DNA of 53,087 nucleotides from Candidatus Dadabacteria bacterium. Its GTDB lineage: Bacteria; J088. The position numbers were made by a program, and so were the translations under genes. This document shows positions 52,223 through 53,087 of the stretch, one piece after another. The first letter of the stretch is position 1. Each line of letters opens with the position of its first letter. The notes under the pieces were generated by a model, which searched no databases, was not told where the DNA came from, and was given only the letters and a program-made list of their open reading frames with translations. The stretch is taken from NCBI GenBank assembly GCA_003695505.1, contig RFIY01000119.1, positions 1-53,087 on the forward strand, given 5' to 3'.

Positions 52223-53038
52223 ATGAATTCACAAGAAACACCAGTTTCACTGATTACTGGCGGCGCATCAGGAATCGGCCTCGCGATCGCACGGCGGCTG
52301 GTCCAGCGCGGCGAACGCGTGGCCCTGTTCGACGTCAACGCCGAGGGACTGGCGGCCGCCCGCGCAGAACTGGGCGCCGACGCCTGCCTCGCCGTCACCG
52401 GAAGCGTGACCGACGCCGCCGCGCTCAACGATGCGGTGGCGCAGTCCATCGAACGCTTCGGCCGCTTCGACCGCATCATCAACAATGCCGGCATCGAAAT
52501 CTCTGGCGAATTGCGCGATCTGACGCTCGACCACTGGCGGCGCACGGTCGACATCAACCTGCTCGGCGTCGCCAACGGCGTTCATGCCGCCTATCCGCGG
52601 TTCATCGAGCAGGGTCACGGCACGATCGTCAACGTCGCCTCCGGAGCCGGACTGGTGATGTTTCCGACCAGCATCCCGTACACGGCGACGAAAGCCGCGG
52701 TCGTCGGCCTGACGCGCGCGCTGCGCGCCGAGGCGGAAGCCTACGGCGTGGATGTGGTCCTCGTCAACCCCGGCATGGTGCGCACGCCGATCTTCGAACG
52801 GTCGGAAGCGATCGGCCCGGCGATTCCCGACCTGATCGAACGCCTCCCTGGTCGGGTCATTTCGGCAGACAAGGCCGCCCGCATCATCGTGCGGGGCATC
52901 GATCGCAAACAGCCCGAAATCACCTTTCCGATCGAAAACGTCATCGGCGCGTGGATGGTCAACGTCCTGCCGGCCTTCGGCCGCCGCGCCCGCCGGCAGA
53001 TCGTCGAGCTGTTTCGCTCGCTGACGCGGGAAGCATAG
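52223..53038 (+). CDS. short-chain dehydrogenase/reductase (SDR)
   Basis: ITGGASGIGLA, NNAG, S...YTATKAAVVGL. Confidence 0.9.
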   Translation: MNSQETPVSLITGGASGIGLAIARRLVQRGERVALFDVNAEGLAAARAELGADACLAVTGSVTDAAALNDAVAQSIERFGRFDRIINNAGIEISGELRDLTLDHWRRTVDINLLGVANGVHAAYPRFIEQGHGTIVNVASGAGLVMFPTSIPYTATKAAVVGLTRALRAEAEAYGVDVVLVNPGMVRTPIFERSEAIGPAIPDLIERLPGRVISADKAARIIVRGIDRKQPEITFPIENVIGAWMVNVLPAFGRRARRQIVELFRSLTREA

Positions 53039-53087
53039 CGCCCCTCTGTCCCGCAGACAGGCTCCGCCGGGATTGCGGGCGTCGCGG

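Overview
GC-rich chromosomal segment from a diderm (Gram-negative) bacterium. It is densely coding, with about 54 protein genes, and antisense shadow ORFs are common. By eye I found no rRNA, tRNA, CRISPR array, transposase or integrase. Housekeeping blocks are ruvX-mltG (1.4-2.8 kb), def-fmt-rsmB (10.4-13.2 kb), mreB-mreC-mreD-mrdA-rodA (40.7-46.1 kb) and nfo (49.5-50.4 kb). Between them lie accessory loci. (1) An orphan GspE/PilB-type secretion ATPase is co-transcribed with a sigma-54-dependent response regulator (2.8-5.9 kb). (2) An operon encodes a TPR plus beta-barrel outer-membrane protein, a FecR-domain protein and a lipoprotein (7.1-10.4 kb). (3) A redox-looking islet holds a PHM/DBH-like copper monooxygenase-fold protein, a PSCyt1-like lipoprotein, a TetR regulator and a tiny PCP_red-domain protein (15.0-17.7 kb). 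(4) The standout is an ~11.5 kb same-strand cluster (18.2-29.7 kb). It encodes a zinc-ribbon response regulator, two TPR lipoproteins, a protein with TonB-like topology, an 824-aa TPR/coiled-coil protein, a 1199-aa TPR protein and a terminal lipoprotein, with no enzyme domain at all. Its gene sizes and order resemble the GltC/D/E (NfsC/D/E) core of the Myxococcus gliding/spore-coat machinery, whose role outside myxobacteria is unknown. (5) A lipid-themed string runs from 32.8 to 39.8 kb: PAP2/SMS-like protein, sulfotransferase, ALDH, M20 peptidase and a START-like secreted protein. (6) A higBA toxin-antitoxin cassette (39.9-40.6 kb) is flanked by a 10-bp direct repeat. (7) A TetR / diiron oxygenase / SDR unit and a secreted EF-hand protein sit at 46.3-49.5 kb. 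All functional calls come from motif recognition in the supplied translations, and no database search was possible.
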